Positions 24,011 to 35,334 of a stretch of 64,000 bases of DNA are shown here, one piece after another. The translations under genes were made by a program, and so were the position numbers. Numbering within the stretch: the first letter of the stretch is position 1; every line of letters starts with the position of its first letter. Under the pieces are notes generated by a model that had not been told where the DNA came from, searched no databases, and was given only the letters and a program-made list of their open reading frames with translations. This DNA is from Squalus acanthias. Taxonomy: Eukaryota. The stretch is taken from positions 61,692,001-61,756,000 of the forward strand of contig CM059438.1 of the NCBI GenBank assembly GCA_030390025.1. Direction: 5' to 3'.

Positions 24011-25727
24011 TTCCTCAGTCTCTTCCGTTTATTCATTGCTTTGATTTCATGCTGTTTGCATATCTCTGCTGTTAATCTGTCTTTCTCCCTCTGTTGTCTG
24101 TCTGTCTCTGCTGTTCATCTCTCTCTATCTCAGTTGTTTATTGTGAAAGCTCAATGCGTTCACTTGACATTTTTCCATTTGCTATTATAACGGAATATTT
24201 TTCAAGAATTCATTCTCGGGATGTGGGCGTCGCTGGCAAAGTCAGCATTTATTGCTCATCCCTAGTTGCCCTCGGGGAGGTGGTGGTGAGCTGCCTTCCC
24301 CTTGAACCACTTTTTTGATACAACCGAAGGGCTTGCTAGGCCACTTCAGAGGGCAGTTAAGAGTCAACCACTGGAGTCACGTATAGGCCAGACTGGGGAA
24401 GAATGGCAAGTTTCCTTCCCTAAAGGACATTAGTGAACCAGTTGGGTTTTTATGACAGTCCAACAGGTTCATGGTCACTTTTACTGATACCTGCTTTTTA
24501 TGTTGAGATATTTTTTTTTAAGCGAGTTCACATTCTCAGACTGCCATCCTGTTAGCTTGATTTATATTAACTTCATCCTCTAAAGTTGTACTGAAGTCCG
24601 TACAGCGGGGTTTATTTTATACTTATGATATCTGTAATCCTTCCAGGAGGAAATATTTTTATCTTAAAAGGCAGAATGACAGTCAGTCCCAAAAATACCA
24701 GCAAGTGGACCAAATAACGCTTTGGGGGGCATGCCCCCCAATCCCTATAGAAAATAAATTCTGTCCTTTGCACACACATCCCCTTCAGTAATTTCTAAGT
24801 TCATCCATTGCTGCAGCAACAGCAGCCTGCATTTATATAGCGCCTTTAATGTAGAGAAAACGTCTCAAGGTGCGTCACAGAGGCGTCCAGTAAAAATGGA
24901 CACCGAGCCAAAGAAAGAGATATTCGGAGGGGAGACTAAAAGCTTGGTTGAAGAGGTGGGCTTTAAGGAGGATCTTAAAGAAGGAAAGGGAGGTGGAGGG
25001 ACTTAGGGAGAGAATCTCATAGCATGGGGCCTAGGTGGCTGAAGGCATGGTTGGCAATGCTGGGTCAAAGGGAAGGGGTGCACAGGGAGAGTTCTTCTCG
25101 GCCTCTGCATGACGATTGACATAGTCAACGCTCTACCCTCCTCCACTGTTTCTTGTCTCTCCATGGCACTGGTCTAGAATTGTGGCACCACTACCTGTCC
25201 CAGCGAAGCCACTACAATGGCTTTTCTCCTGTCCCAACGTGGTCACCTTGGGGGTGCCCAATGTTGTCCACATGCTGCCCTTGGTGACATCATTCACAGA
25301 CATGGGGTCAGTTTTCACATGCCCACTTTTGACACCCAGATCTATCTCTCTACCATCCTTGACTCCTCAACCACCTCTTTGCTGTCTTGACTGCTTAGCA
25401 AGATGAGCTGAAACGTCTTTCAGCTCAGCATCGGCAAGACCAAAGCTATTCTGTTTGGCTGCCGCCAAAAACAACACACCTTAACCCCGAATCCACCTGT
25501 CTCTCTGGCTGACCACTCAGGCTGACACCAGCATGATGACGTCACGGTCTCCGGGCGCAGGAGATCATGGCGCTAGGGGTTACTGCCGCCGCAAACCTCG
25601 ACAGGAATTTCACGGGCGTCGGTACTCTCGCCGCGCCCGGTCGCAAAGCCAGTAGCGCCCCGTTATTGCCCCCCGGAGGCGCTAATGGGAGGTGCAAAGG
25701 AGGCGAATTTCTAGCCCTTGGATTCTA

Positions 25728-26365
25728 TGAGAGGTTTAGGCAGGGAATTCCAAAGCTTAGGGACTAGGCAGCTGAAAGCATAGCCACCAATGGTGGAGCG
25801 ATTAAAATTGGGGCTGCGCAAGGTGCCAGAATTGGAGGAGCACAGAGATCTCGAAGGCTTGTAGGGCTGGTGGAGGTTACAGAGATAGGGAGGGGCAAGG
25901 CCATGCAGGGATTTGAAAACAAGGATGAGGATTTTAAAATTGAGCCGTTGTCGCACTGGGAGCTAGTGTAGAACACCAAGCACAGGGGTGATGGGTGAAC
26001 AGGTCTTGGTGCGAGTTAAGATACGGGCAGCAGAGTTTTGGATGAGCACAAGTTAAATAGGGTGGAAGATGGGAGGCCGGCCAGGAGAGCATTGGACTAG
26101 TCAAGTCCAGAGGTAACAAAGGCATGAATGAGGGTTTCAGCAGCAGATGAGCTGAGGTAGTGTCGGAGTTGGATGATGTTACGGAGGTGGAAGTAGGCAA
26201 TCTTGGTGATGGAGCTGATATGTGGTCAGAAGCTCATCTCGGGGTCAAACACAATACCAAGGTTGCAAACGGTCTGGCTCAGCTTCAGGCAGTTACCAGG
26301 GAGAGGAATGAAAACGATGGCTGGGGAACGGAGCTTGTGGCGGGGACCGAAGACAATGGCTTCAG
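25728..26365 (-). mobile_element. L2-clade LINE fragment
   Basis: RLNFKILILVFKSLHGLAPPYL...AFSCLVPKLWNSLP, typical of the L2 ORF2 C-terminus; related pieces near 19650-19935, 24830-25080, 44950-45700 and 48650-49200. Confidence 0.8.
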
Positions 26366-27386
26366 TAATATATAATTAATAAGACTAGGTTGAAACTCCA
26401 TTTTGCTATCAACCTCCCAATAATAAATTATCCACTGCGACTGGGAGCAAGAAGTTTCAAAATATGAAGATAAATCAATCAGTCTGAAAAATGACAACAA
26501 GATTAGTTTTCAATGAAGTTAAACAAAAGTCCCTTCCTCTGCAGATGAGAACGTTGCTATGCCCAAGTTCTTTGTAGATTCCAAAATACTGGAAAATGTA
26601 TCAAATAATGTGTCAAAATCGAAATTACCTGGGAGGTCACGTCACCAGACCCACCCCCTCCACACACAAAAATAAAACTGGTGCCTTCAACATTTGAATA
26701 CCCTTTCAAGTTTAATGTCAGAGGTGCCGTCTTTCAGATGAGAAGTTAAAGCGAGGCCCCATCTGCCCTCGCAGGTGGACGTAAAAGATCCCACGGCACT
26801 ATTCGGAGAAGAGCAATGGAGTTTGCCAATACTTATCCCTCAACAAAGATCACTAAAACAGAATATCTGGTCATTACCTCATTGCTGATTGTGGGGCCTT
26901 GCAAATTGCAAATTGGCTGCCGCGGTTCCTACAACAGCAACTACACTTCAAAAGTATTGGCTGTAAAACGCATTCAGACAACCTGAGGTCGTGAAAGGCC
27001 ATATATCGGGCGGGAAAGTGGAGTTGATGTCGATGATCAGCCATGATCTTATTGAATGGCAGGGCAGGCTCGAGGGGCCATATGGCCTACTCCTGCTCTT
27101 ATTTCTTAAGTTCTTATGTTCTTATACAAATGCAGTCTTTTTACTTAAGCGTGAAGGAATGTTTGGTGTATTAGTCCGTGCTCTACTGCACTTTCAATGT
27201 AATGCCCTGCTTTCACACGTCAGAGACTTTTATTCAGGGCCATTGTGGAGATACCAGCTTTATGGGGGTTGTGTCAGCAAGAGTGTTAACTTTTGCTCGT
27301 TTTCTAGGTTGGTGGGTATGTAGAGTGAAATCTCCACAGTGAAAATGGAATAACATTCAGTCACTAAAGCATAATGAATGTGTCAT

Positions 27387-27860
27387 AAAAAACAGAAAAT
27401 GCTGGAAATACTCAGCAGGTCAGTCAGCATCTGTAGAGAGAGAAACAGAGTTAACGTATCAGGTCGATGGCCCTTCGTCAGAACTGGAAAAAGTTAGAGA
27501 TGTAACAGGTTTTTAAGCAAATGTAGGGGGAGGGGGGAGGGGAGGAAAGAACAAAAGGGAAGGTCTGTGATAGGATGGAAGGCAGGAGAGATTAAGAGAC
27601 AAAAGGGATGATGGTGCAGGGCAAAAGGAGATGGTAATGGGACAAGTTAAGAAACAAAAGATGACTCTAGATGAAGTGTAAATGGCAATGGCAGAATGAT
27701 CGACAGCTGCCATGTGAGAGAGAGAAAAAAAAATGATAGGGGCAGAGGTTACGGTCTGAAATTGTTGAACTCGATGTTGAGTCCAGAAGGCTGTAACGTG
27801 CCTAATCGAAAGATGAGGTGCTGTTCCTCGAGCTTACGTTGAGCTTCATTGGAACAGTGC
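27387..27860 (-). mobile_element. Penelope-like element 3' fragment (GIY-YIG C-terminus plus terminal repeat)
   Basis: Minus strand encodes KLEEQHLIFRLGTLQPSGLNIEFNNF; downstream hammerhead-like agtt CTGACGA...gata cgtt aact. Confidence 0.75.
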
Positions 27861-28084
27861 AATGAATGTGTCACTGCTCTAAGCGTCAATTGCTATACAT
27901 ATAAGAGAACAAACCTGTGAAACAAAATACTTTCTTGGTGCTAACAAATAAATGCAGATAGAAAGAGGTCACTCCCAATAGTGGGTTAATAGTCATGGAA
28001 TGAGGCCAATAGATGCTGGAGGCTATTACTCTCGGACACTGGATATGGATCTGTTAATTTGGCGCTATATAAATACAAGTTACA

Positions 28085-28473
28085 GATAAAAAGATTTACA
28101 AGGATGATACCAGAAATGCGAGGTTATACTTATCAGGAAAGGATGAACAAGTTGGTTCCCTTTTCTCTTGAAAAGAGAAGGCTGAGGGGTGACCTAATAG
28201 AGGTCTTTAAAATTATGAAAGGTTTTGATAGAGTGGATACAGAGAGAATGTTTCCACTTGTGGGGAGGAGCATAACTAGAGGCCATCAATATAAGATTGT
28301 CACCAAGAAATCAGATGGGGAATTCAGAAGGAACTTCTTTACCCAGAGAGTGGTGAGAATGTGGAACTTGCTACCACAGGGAGTAGTTGAGGCAAATAGT
28401 ATAGATGCATTTAAGGGGCGGTTAGATAAGCGTATGAGGGAGAAGGAAATAGAGGGTTATGCTGATAGAGTTA
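28085..28473 (+). mobile_element. CR1 LINE 3' fragment (3' UTR resumes at 36388-36490)
   Basis: ORF 28059-28598 CR1 C-terminus; duplicated ctgatagagtta at 28462-28473 and 36388-36399. Confidence 0.85.
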
Positions 28474-28873
28474 TGATGCGGAGAGTCATCCAGACTCGAG
28501 TCGTTGTTGGCTTGTTCACAGATGTGATTTCCAGTAAAAAAAGTAAAACGTTTAAAGTTTATGGTTTTCCATACAGACTGCAGCATCTGACACATTAGAC
28601 CCCCTGTGACCCCACCTCATTGTCTTAGTTGTATTTTGCTATGTCTTTGATATAATGTCTTCCTGACTGACCTGATTGTCTCTCTGCCGAGGTGTGATAA
28701 AAGGCAGTCAGAAAGATTAACTGTAGTCGTCTGACATTGTACTCTGCACAGGCATTGTTCTCTGTCTATATATGCTGTGTCGCTTTGTATTTCTTCACTT
28801 CACCTGATGAAGGAGCAGCCGCTCTGAAAGCTTGTGATTTCAAATAAAACTGTTGGACTATAACCTGGTGTTG
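28474..28873 (+). mobile_element. Penelope-like repeat with hammerhead motif (last 12 bp at 36376-36387)
   Basis: tcac CTGATGA a ggagc-agcc-gctct GAAA gctt gtga at 28800-28837; bounded by a 12-bp TSD within the CR1 tail. Confidence 0.65.
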
Positions 28874-29188
28874 ATGTTTTCTCCCCTCTCTCCCTCTCCT
28901 AAAATGGAGGCCAATTGAGGAGGCAGTGTGGAAAGGCCTCTCCTCTGTTGTTAATGGCCTTGGCCTTCCTTTCTTTTTTCTCTCCTCTCCTCTCCTGTCC
29001 TCTCTCTCCAGGCACCTCAGTAGTTGTGGCTGTAGTGGTTGTTGTTGGTGGTGGCCTGCTGCCTGGTCTCCTTCTCCTTCTCCTCTTCCTGGCCACAGAG
29101 ACCACCACTCTGATGCTGCTGCTCCTTCGTCAGCAGCTCCAAAAGCTTGTGATTTCAAATAAAACTGTTGGACTATAACCTGGTGTTG
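28869..29188. repeat. 320-bp direct repeat, identical to 36056-36375
   Basis: Base-by-base comparison at offset 7187; identical ORF translations at both copies. Confidence 0.95.
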
Positions 29189-29255
29189 CTCTTTTTGGTT
29201 GGACAAACACAAATTTACTGCAAATCAATTAAAACTTGAAATGAAACTTAATAAA

Positions 29256-32200
29256 TCAGATTAAAATTTGAAAGTCCGGGGTGACGATGCACTCCAGTCC
29301 CCGCGGCGCCCACCGGTCGCGGAAAAACTCAAGCGTGCCGGCGGACACCGCGTGCTCCATCTCCAGGGCCACCCGGGCGCGAACATGGCCGCGGAAGAGA
29401 GGCAGGCAATCGGGCCGAACGACCCCCTCGACCGCCCGCTGCCTGGACCAATTAATGGCTTTCTTGGCCAGGCCCAGGAGCAGTCCTACGAGGAGGTCCT
29501 CCGACCTACCCGCTCCCCTCCGCACCGGGTGACCGTAGATCAGGAGCGTGGGGCTGAAGTGCAACCAGAAATTGAGGAGCAGCCCCTTCAAATAATGAAA
29601 GAGGGGCTGCAACCTCTCACATTCAACATAAATGTGATAAACGGACTCCTCCAGGCCGCAAAAATGGCAAGCAGCCTGGGAGTCCGTAAACCTACTTAAA
29701 ATCCTATTGCACGGGACTGCTCCGTGCAACACCCTCCAGGCCAAGTCCCCAATAGAACAAGGGAAGACTCCCGCGTAGAGAGCCTTCCAATGGGGACCTT
29801 CGCCTCCGCCGGACGGCAGGATGGTACGCCAAGGCGTGTCCGGACGGCAGACGAAGATGGCAAAGTGGAGAGTGTGCAGGAGCAGCCCGTACAGGAAACG
29901 CCTCCGTGCGGATTGAAAGGGCACGGAGGGCATTTCTCCGAGAAGGCTCAAGTGGTGAGGCGGCGGCTCCCGAGGGAGGATTCGGGGCCGGGCGCCGATA
30001 AGGAATTCCGTCCGAACGGGGGTCAGTTCGGACGGGATCGCCCCACGTGCTTGAGCCTCCTCGACACACCTAGTGGAGACGGGGCCCAGTGCCACTTTTA
30101 GCGACTCGATGGCTTTGACCGCGAGCCGGACGTTGACCCAAGACATGCGCCTCGCCAACTCCTCCGGCGCCATCCAGCCCGCTCCTCCGCCATCGAGCAG
30201 GTCCCCGACTCTGGTCACCTTACCGGGCACAGCCCTGCCCTCCGCCAGCCAGCCGAACCCGCGGTCGTGGAGGTGCGGATTCCTGAACAGCGGCTCCCGA
30301 AGGACGGCCGCCGCTCCTGACGGGGGAGAACTGCGCTCGGAGGCGACGCTGTTCCAAACCCATAGCAGTTCCTGGTAGAAGACAGGCAGCTCCCGCAGGC
30401 TGGCACGCGTGCCACCCACTCTCACAAACAGGAGCTGCGTGTCGTAATTGAGGCCGTGCAGCTGGCGGAAGAAATACGTCGCCAGCGCACGCCACCTAGG
30501 AGGATTCTCCACGTACAGGTATCTCTGCAGCGTCTGAAGACGGAAAGTCGCCGCCTGGGTGCGAAGGCACACCAGCGCCTGACCGCCCTCCCTAAGCGGG
30601 AGACTCAAAACCGCGGCAGAGACCCAGTGCTTCCTTTTGTCCCAGAAGAAGTCGACGAGCTTCTTCTGCATCTTGGCGACAAACGCAGGGGGAGGGATCA
30701 AAGTGATCAACCGGTACCACAACATGGCGGCCACCAGCTGGTTTATGACCAGCGCTCGACCCCTGTAGGACAACACTCGGAGCAGTCCTGTCCAGCGCCC
30801 TAGGCGAGCGGTGACTTTGGCCTCCAGCTCTTGCCAGTTTGCCGGCCAGGCGTCCTCGGCCGGGCTGAGGTAGACTCCCAGGTAGAGGAGGTGCGTGGTG
30901 CTCCAGGCGAAAGGCCCGAACTCCTCCGGCAGGGAGTCCACCTGCCATGGGCCCACCAGGAGTCCAGAACATTTCTCCCAGTTGATCTTGGCGGAGGATG
31001 CGTCCGAGTAAATCTGCTGGCATTCTCGCATCCTCCGCAAGTCGACGGGATCCGTGACCGCGAGGAGCACGTCATCGGCGTAAGCCGAGAGGACCACCTC
31101 CACGCCCGGCCCTTGCAGAGCCAGTCCCGTCAACCTCTTCCGCAAGAGGCGCAGGAAAGGCTCCACGCAAACGGCGTATAACTGACCGGACATGGGGCAT
31201 CCCTGACGCACCCCCCTCCCGAAGCGAAGGGGCGCCGTCAAAGACCCGTTAACTTTAATGAGACACTCCGCGGCGGCGTACAGAAGTCGGATCCGGGCGA
31301 CGAAATGCGTCCCGAACCCGAATGCGCGCAGAGTCCCGAAAAGATACTCGTGATCCACCCTGTCGAACGCCTTCTCCTGATCCAGGGAAAGGAAGGCGAC
31401 CGACAGACCAGCCCTCTGGGAATGGTGGACCAGGTCCCGGACCAGATGGATGTTATCGTGGATACTCCGGCCCGGGACCGTGTAGGACTGGTCGGGGTGG
31501 ATCATGCGGGCCAGCACGGTGCCAAGGCGAGCAGACATAGCCCTGGCGAAAATTTTGTAGTCCGTGCTGAGGAGGGAGACCGGGCGCCAGTTCTTAAGTA
31601 GGCGGAGATCGCCCTTCTTGGGCAGCAGGACGATGACCGCCCTGCGCCAAGAGAGGGGCATCTCCCCGGTCGCCAGACTTTCCCCCAGGACCCGCGCGTA
31701 GTCGTCCCCCAAGACGTCCCAGAACGCCCTGTGGAACTCCACGGTCAGCCCGTCCAGCCCCGGGGACTTGCCCCTCGAGAGCTGGCGCAGGGCGCCGGTC
31801 AGCTCCGCCAGGCTTAGCGGAGCTTCTAAATTCTCGGCGCCCTCCGGGCCGACCTTCGGCAGGTCCTCCCACAAAACTCTGCGCGCATCCTCGCTGGACG
31901 GATCCGAAGAGAACAGAGCCCCGTAATAGGCCCGGGCCTCCGCGCTGATGCCCTCCGGATCCGAGACCAGAGATCCGTCGTCGGCCAGCAGCCCCAAGAG
32001 CTGCTTACGGACCCCCCGTCTTTTTTCCAGCGAGTAGAAGAAGGGGGAGCCGCGGTCCAGGTCCCGCAGGAACTGGATCCGCGACCTCACGTACGCGCCT
32101 CGGGACCCGACCAGCTGCAGGTCCTTCAGCGCGCCCTTCTTCTCTTCGTACACCTTCCGCAGGGCCGGGTCCTCGACGACTTGACCGAGACGGGACTCCA

Positions 32201-33155
32201 GGTCGAGCACTTCTTTCTCCAATCGCCCGACCCGGGCCTCCCGCCTCTTGGTCGACCCCTTCGCGTACTCCTGACAGAAGACGCGGACGTGAGCCTTGCC
32301 CACGTCCCACCATAGCCTCAAGGAGGGGAAGCCTCCCCGCTTCCTTCTCCAGTCGGCCCAGAACCGGCGAAACGAATCCCGGAACCGCGCGTCCTCCAGC
32401 AGCAGGTTGTTAAAATGCCAGTACGCGGACCCCCCCCGCGCGCGCAGCGGAGCGAGCTCCGCCCACACCAGGTGGTGGTCCGTGCACGGCACCGGCCGCA
32501 TGGAAGCCGCCGGAACGCAGGAGACGTACGCCCGGGAAATGTAAAGGCGGTCGATTCTGGACCTTCCTCCTCCAGACCTCACGCTCGTGAAGGCGCTGGA
32601 GTCGGGATGGAGATTTCGCCAGACGTCCACCAAGTCGAAGGACCCGACCAGGTCCCGCAACTTCTCCATCGCCGCCGGGCTTCGCGGGGGACCCGACCGG
32701 TCCCGCGCCTCGAGGGTACAATTGAAATCCCCCCCGAGGATGACGCACTCGCCCACGTCGATGGAGCCCAGAAGAGCGGACACTTCTCCGAAGAAGCGCA
32801 CTTGCTGCGCACCGGTCCGGGGGGCGTACACGTTCACTAAATGGAGCGGCACGCCTCCCAGGCGAACAGTGACCTGGAGCAAGCGGCCCGGCACGTGCTC
32901 CTTGACCCTCAAGATCTCCGGCTGAAAATGCGGGGCCAGCAAGACAGCCACCCCGCAGGAATTGTTGGAGAGGTGACTCATGCTGACCCCTCCTTGCCAC
33001 TCCAGGAGCCACGTGGCCTCGTCTCCCGGAACGGTGTGGGTTTCTTGCAGGAAGCACACCGCATATTTCCCGTCCCGAAGGACCGAGAAGTTATTGAATC
33101 TACGGCGCGCCTCCCTGCTGCCGTTGATGTTGAGGCTGGCTATGGTTATCTTCAT
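29256..33155 (-). CDS. Tx1 ORF2: APE endonuclease, reverse transcriptase and C-terminal CCHC finger (1299 aa from ATG 33155)
   Basis: SLNING, FLQETH, NVYAP, GGDFN, SRIDR, TDH; KSPGLDG, NWRPVSLL, LDQEKAFDRV, GVRQGCPMS, AYADD, YLG; CHFC-x8-H-x4-C. Confidence 0.95.
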   Translation of the reverse strand: MKITIASLNINGSREARRRFNNFSVLRDGKYAVCFLQETHTVPGDEATWLLEWQGGVSMSHLSNNSCGVAVLLAPHFQPEILRVKEHVPGRLLQVTVRLGGVPLHLVNVYAPRTGAQQVRFFGEVSALLGSIDVGECVILGGDFNCTLEARDRSGPPRSPAAMEKLRDLVGSFDLVDVWRNLHPDSSAFTSVRSGGGRSRIDRLYISRAYVSCVPAASMRPVPCTDHHLVWAELAPLRARGGSAYWHFNNLLLEDARFRDSFRRFWADWRRKRGGFPSLRLWWDVGKAHVRVFCQEYAKGSTKRREARVGRLEKEVLDLESRLGQVVEDPALRKVYEEKKGALKDLQLVGSRGAYVRSRIQFLRDLDRGSPFFYSLEKRRGVRKQLLGLLADDGSLVSDPEGISAEARAYYGALFSSDPSSEDARRVLWEDLPKVGPEGAENLEAPLSLAELTGALRQLSRGKSPGLDGLTVEFHRAFWDVLGDDYARVLGESLATGEMPLSWRRAVIVLLPKKGDLRLLKNWRPVSLLSTDYKIFARAMSARLGTVLARMIHPDQSYTVPGRSIHDNIHLVRDLVHHSQRAGLSVAFLSLDQEKAFDRVDHEYLFGTLRAFGFGTHFVARIRLLYAAAECLIKVNGSLTAPLRFGRGVRQGCPMSGQLYAVCVEPFLRLLRKRLTGLALQGPGVEVVLSAYADDVLLAVTDPVDLRRMRECQQIYSDASSAKINWEKCSGLLVGPWQVDSLPEEFGPFAWSTTHLLYLGVYLSPAEDAWPANWQELEAKVTARLGRWTGLLRVLSYRGRALVINQLVAAMLWYRLITLIPPPAFVAKMQKKLVDFFWDKRKHWVSAAVLSLPLREGGQALVCLRTQAATFRLQTLQRYLYVENPPRWRALATYFFRQLHGLNYDTQLLFVRVGGTRASLRELPVFYQELLWVWNSVASERSSPPSGAAAVLREPLFRNPHLHDRGFGWLAEGRAVPGKVTRVGDLLDGGGAGWMAPEELARRMSWVNVRLAVKAIESLKVALGPVSTRCVEEAQARGAIPSELTPVRTEFLIGARPRILPREPPPHHLSLLGEMPSVPFQSARRRFLYGLLLHTLHFAIFVCRPDTPWRTILPSGGGEGPHWKALYAGVFPCSIGDLAWRVLHGAVPCNRILSRFTDSQAACHFCGLEESVYHIYVECERLQPLFHYLKGLLLNFWLHFSPTLLIYGHPVRRGAGRSEDLLVGLLLGLAKKAINWSRQRAVEGVVRPDCLPLFRGHVRARVALEMEHAVSAGTLEFFRDRWAPRGLECIVTPDFQILI

Positions 33156-33180
33156 CTCAGAAGCATAGTGCAACCTCTAC

Positions 33181-35334
33181 CTAACGGAGGGGAGGGAGGG
33201 CGGTCACTGACGACCGCCACTCCCTCAGCAGCCCAGTGTGGAACGTCTTGAGCCGACGCAGCTCGAGCCGGCCAACGTCCTTGTCCGCGCCCATGATTTT
33301 AACGGCGGCGCGGACGGACACGACGAGCAGCGTCAGCTCCGACCACTTGTCGAGGGCCAGCCGGATCTTCTTGTGACGACCCTGGCTCATGGCCATAAAA
33401 TCCCGGAGTTCCCCTACGGGGATGAGGGGAGAGTCGGTGAAGGGCACGAGGGCGTCCATCGCCTCGCTGCCGATGGACTCCAAATCATCCTCGATGCCCC
33501 CCACCGAGTCCCCGTCCTCCTCCGGGAGGTCGTCACCGGCGGCCAACCCGTCCGTCACACAGAGTGCAGCGAACGGCTCGGCCGCACCGGCCGGCCCCGC
33601 CTCCGTCACGATCCCACCCCCAGGATCGGTGGCAGAGGAGTCCACCCTGGGCTCCTTCAGGGGCGCCGGGCCGGGAGGCGGCGGCAGTTCGGGGCCCCCC
33701 CCCGCCTCAGGCGCCGGAGCGACCGGAGAAACCGGGGAGAAAATAATCTCAATTTCCTCCAGCACGTCCGGCGCCAACATCAGAGACGGAGTCAGGGGGC
33801 TTTCTGTATCCCCGCCACCAACCTCCGACCCAGCGGGCTGGGGATTGTTAAAATCCTCCACCAGGTCGAGCAGTCCCTGGGAGATATCTGGGTTATAAAA
33901 GGCGGGCTCGGCTTCAGCCTCTTTGGCCTCGCCCGCCCCAGTCCCCAGGACGCCCGACCCGGCGAGGAGCAACGGTTCCGGTACTACATTTCCCTCCGCG
34001 GGTTGTTCCGCGCCCCCCCCCACGGGCAGGGTCTCTTCCCCATCCCCGGGAGGCACAGGTCGGACAGACTCGGCCGTCTCACCCTCCCGAGGGACAGACG
34101 ACCCCTGCCGATCGCGCGCGACGATGACGGTGGTGGGGTGGGGCGCAGCACCCGCGGCGGGCGACTGCCCCCCTTTTGCGGAGGGACCTTCCTCCTCGCA
34201 GTCCTCCTGCTGGGGGCGGAGCTTTCTTTTTAACGTATTGGGGCCCGGAGAGGGGGAGGCCTCCATGTCTGCTGGGGCCTCCCTCTCTGCCCCCTTCCGA
34301 CGACTGGGTTTCTTGGGCCCCTCGGGCCCGAGCCCGGCCGCAGGTCTTGATTCAGCTGCCTCAGCAGTTGCGGTCACGGTCACGGGCCCGGGCACGAGGA
34401 CCCCCCCAGTCTCATGCGTCCCGACCAACTCCGCGATATACTCGGGCGTGAGTTCGGCCAATTCAGATGTTTCCTCCGCGAGGGGATCCGCCCTTAGGTG
34501 TTTAGTTTTCCTACGCGCCTTCCTTCCCCCCGGACGCTCTCCCTCCTCCCCGCCGGAGGCCGTGGTGGCGTTGGCCTCCGATTTCGACCGCGCATCCGTC
34601 GCCGTCGACGCGCGGACAGTATCAGGGGGAGGGGGGGCGGCGGCGCCAACCCCGGCCGCGCCAGGTGTCGTGGCGGCCTTGGAGGCGGGGCAGTTTTTGC
34701 GGACGTGCCCCACCTCCTTACAGGCGTAGCACCGCGCGCCGTCCGAGGTCCAGAAGACGCGGTGGGCGGTCCCCCCGTGGAGCACCGTGAACGCGCCATC
34801 CGCGTCCTCCTCCCGCGCCAGCCGGACGAAAAGCTGGCGCCGGAAGGAGAAGACGTGCCGAAGGCTGGCTTCCCGGAAGCCGAGCGGGATGGGTGTGATC
34901 CCCGACCTCACCTCCCCCAGTTGACGTAGGTGGGGGAGGAGGAGCTCACCCGGAACAAAGGGCGGGACGTTGGAGACCACAATCCTTTGCGCGGTGGCCT
35001 CAAGGGGGTCCACCGGCAGGAAGGTCCCGCCCACGGTGAGCCCCTTCTCGATGGCCAGGGACACCGCCCGCTCCGACCCCAGGAAGAACACAGCCTTGCC
35101 GTACATTTTAGAGGCGGCGACGATGGCTGAAGGGCCGACAACCCCAGCCATGGCTTTAACGCACGCCTCTATAGTCATGTTGGGGTGAGTGTAGCTCTTG
35201 ACCCCATTCTTCCTCGTAAGGAGGGTAAAAGGTGACGGGGTAACAGGAGGACTCGTGGCTGCGGCCGTGGCCGCGGCTGCCACGCTCGCGTACGTCCTCG
35301 CTGCCCCCGCCACCGACGAAGATGTACTCGCCAT
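33181..35334 (-). CDS. Tx1 ORF1 nucleic-acid-binding protein with zinc knuckle (717 aa from ATG 35334)
   Basis: VVSNVPPFVP motif, CYACKEVGHVRKNC knuckle, long low-complexity middle; uninterrupted and directly upstream of ORF2. Confidence 0.9.
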   Translation of the reverse strand: MASTSSSVAGAARTYASVAAAATAAATSPPVTPSPFTLLTRKNGVKSYTHPNMTIEACVKAMAGVVGPSAIVAASKMYGKAVFFLGSERAVSLAIEKGLTVGGTFLPVDPLEATAQRIVVSNVPPFVPGELLLPHLRQLGEVRSGITPIPLGFREASLRHVFSFRRQLFVRLAREEDADGAFTVLHGGTAHRVFWTSDGARCYACKEVGHVRKNCPASKAATTPGAAGVGAAAPPPPDTVRASTATDARSKSEANATTASGGEEGERPGGRKARRKTKHLRADPLAEETSELAELTPEYIAELVGTHETGGVLVPGPVTVTATAEAAESRPAAGLGPEGPKKPSRRKGAEREAPADMEASPSPGPNTLKRKLRPQQEDCEEEGPSAKGGQSPAAGAAPHPTTVIVARDRQGSSVPREGETAESVRPVPPGDGEETLPVGGGAEQPAEGNVVPEPLLLAGSGVLGTGAGEAKEAEAEPAFYNPDISQGLLDLVEDFNNPQPAGSEVGGGDTESPLTPSLMLAPDVLEEIEIIFSPVSPVAPAPEAGGGPELPPPPGPAPLKEPRVDSSATDPGGGIVTEAGPAGAAEPFAALCVTDGLAAGDDLPEEDGDSVGGIEDDLESIGSEAMDALVPFTDSPLIPVGELRDFMAMSQGRHKKIRLALDKWSELTLLVVSVRAAVKIMGADKDVGRLELRRLKTFHTGLLREWRSSVTALPPLR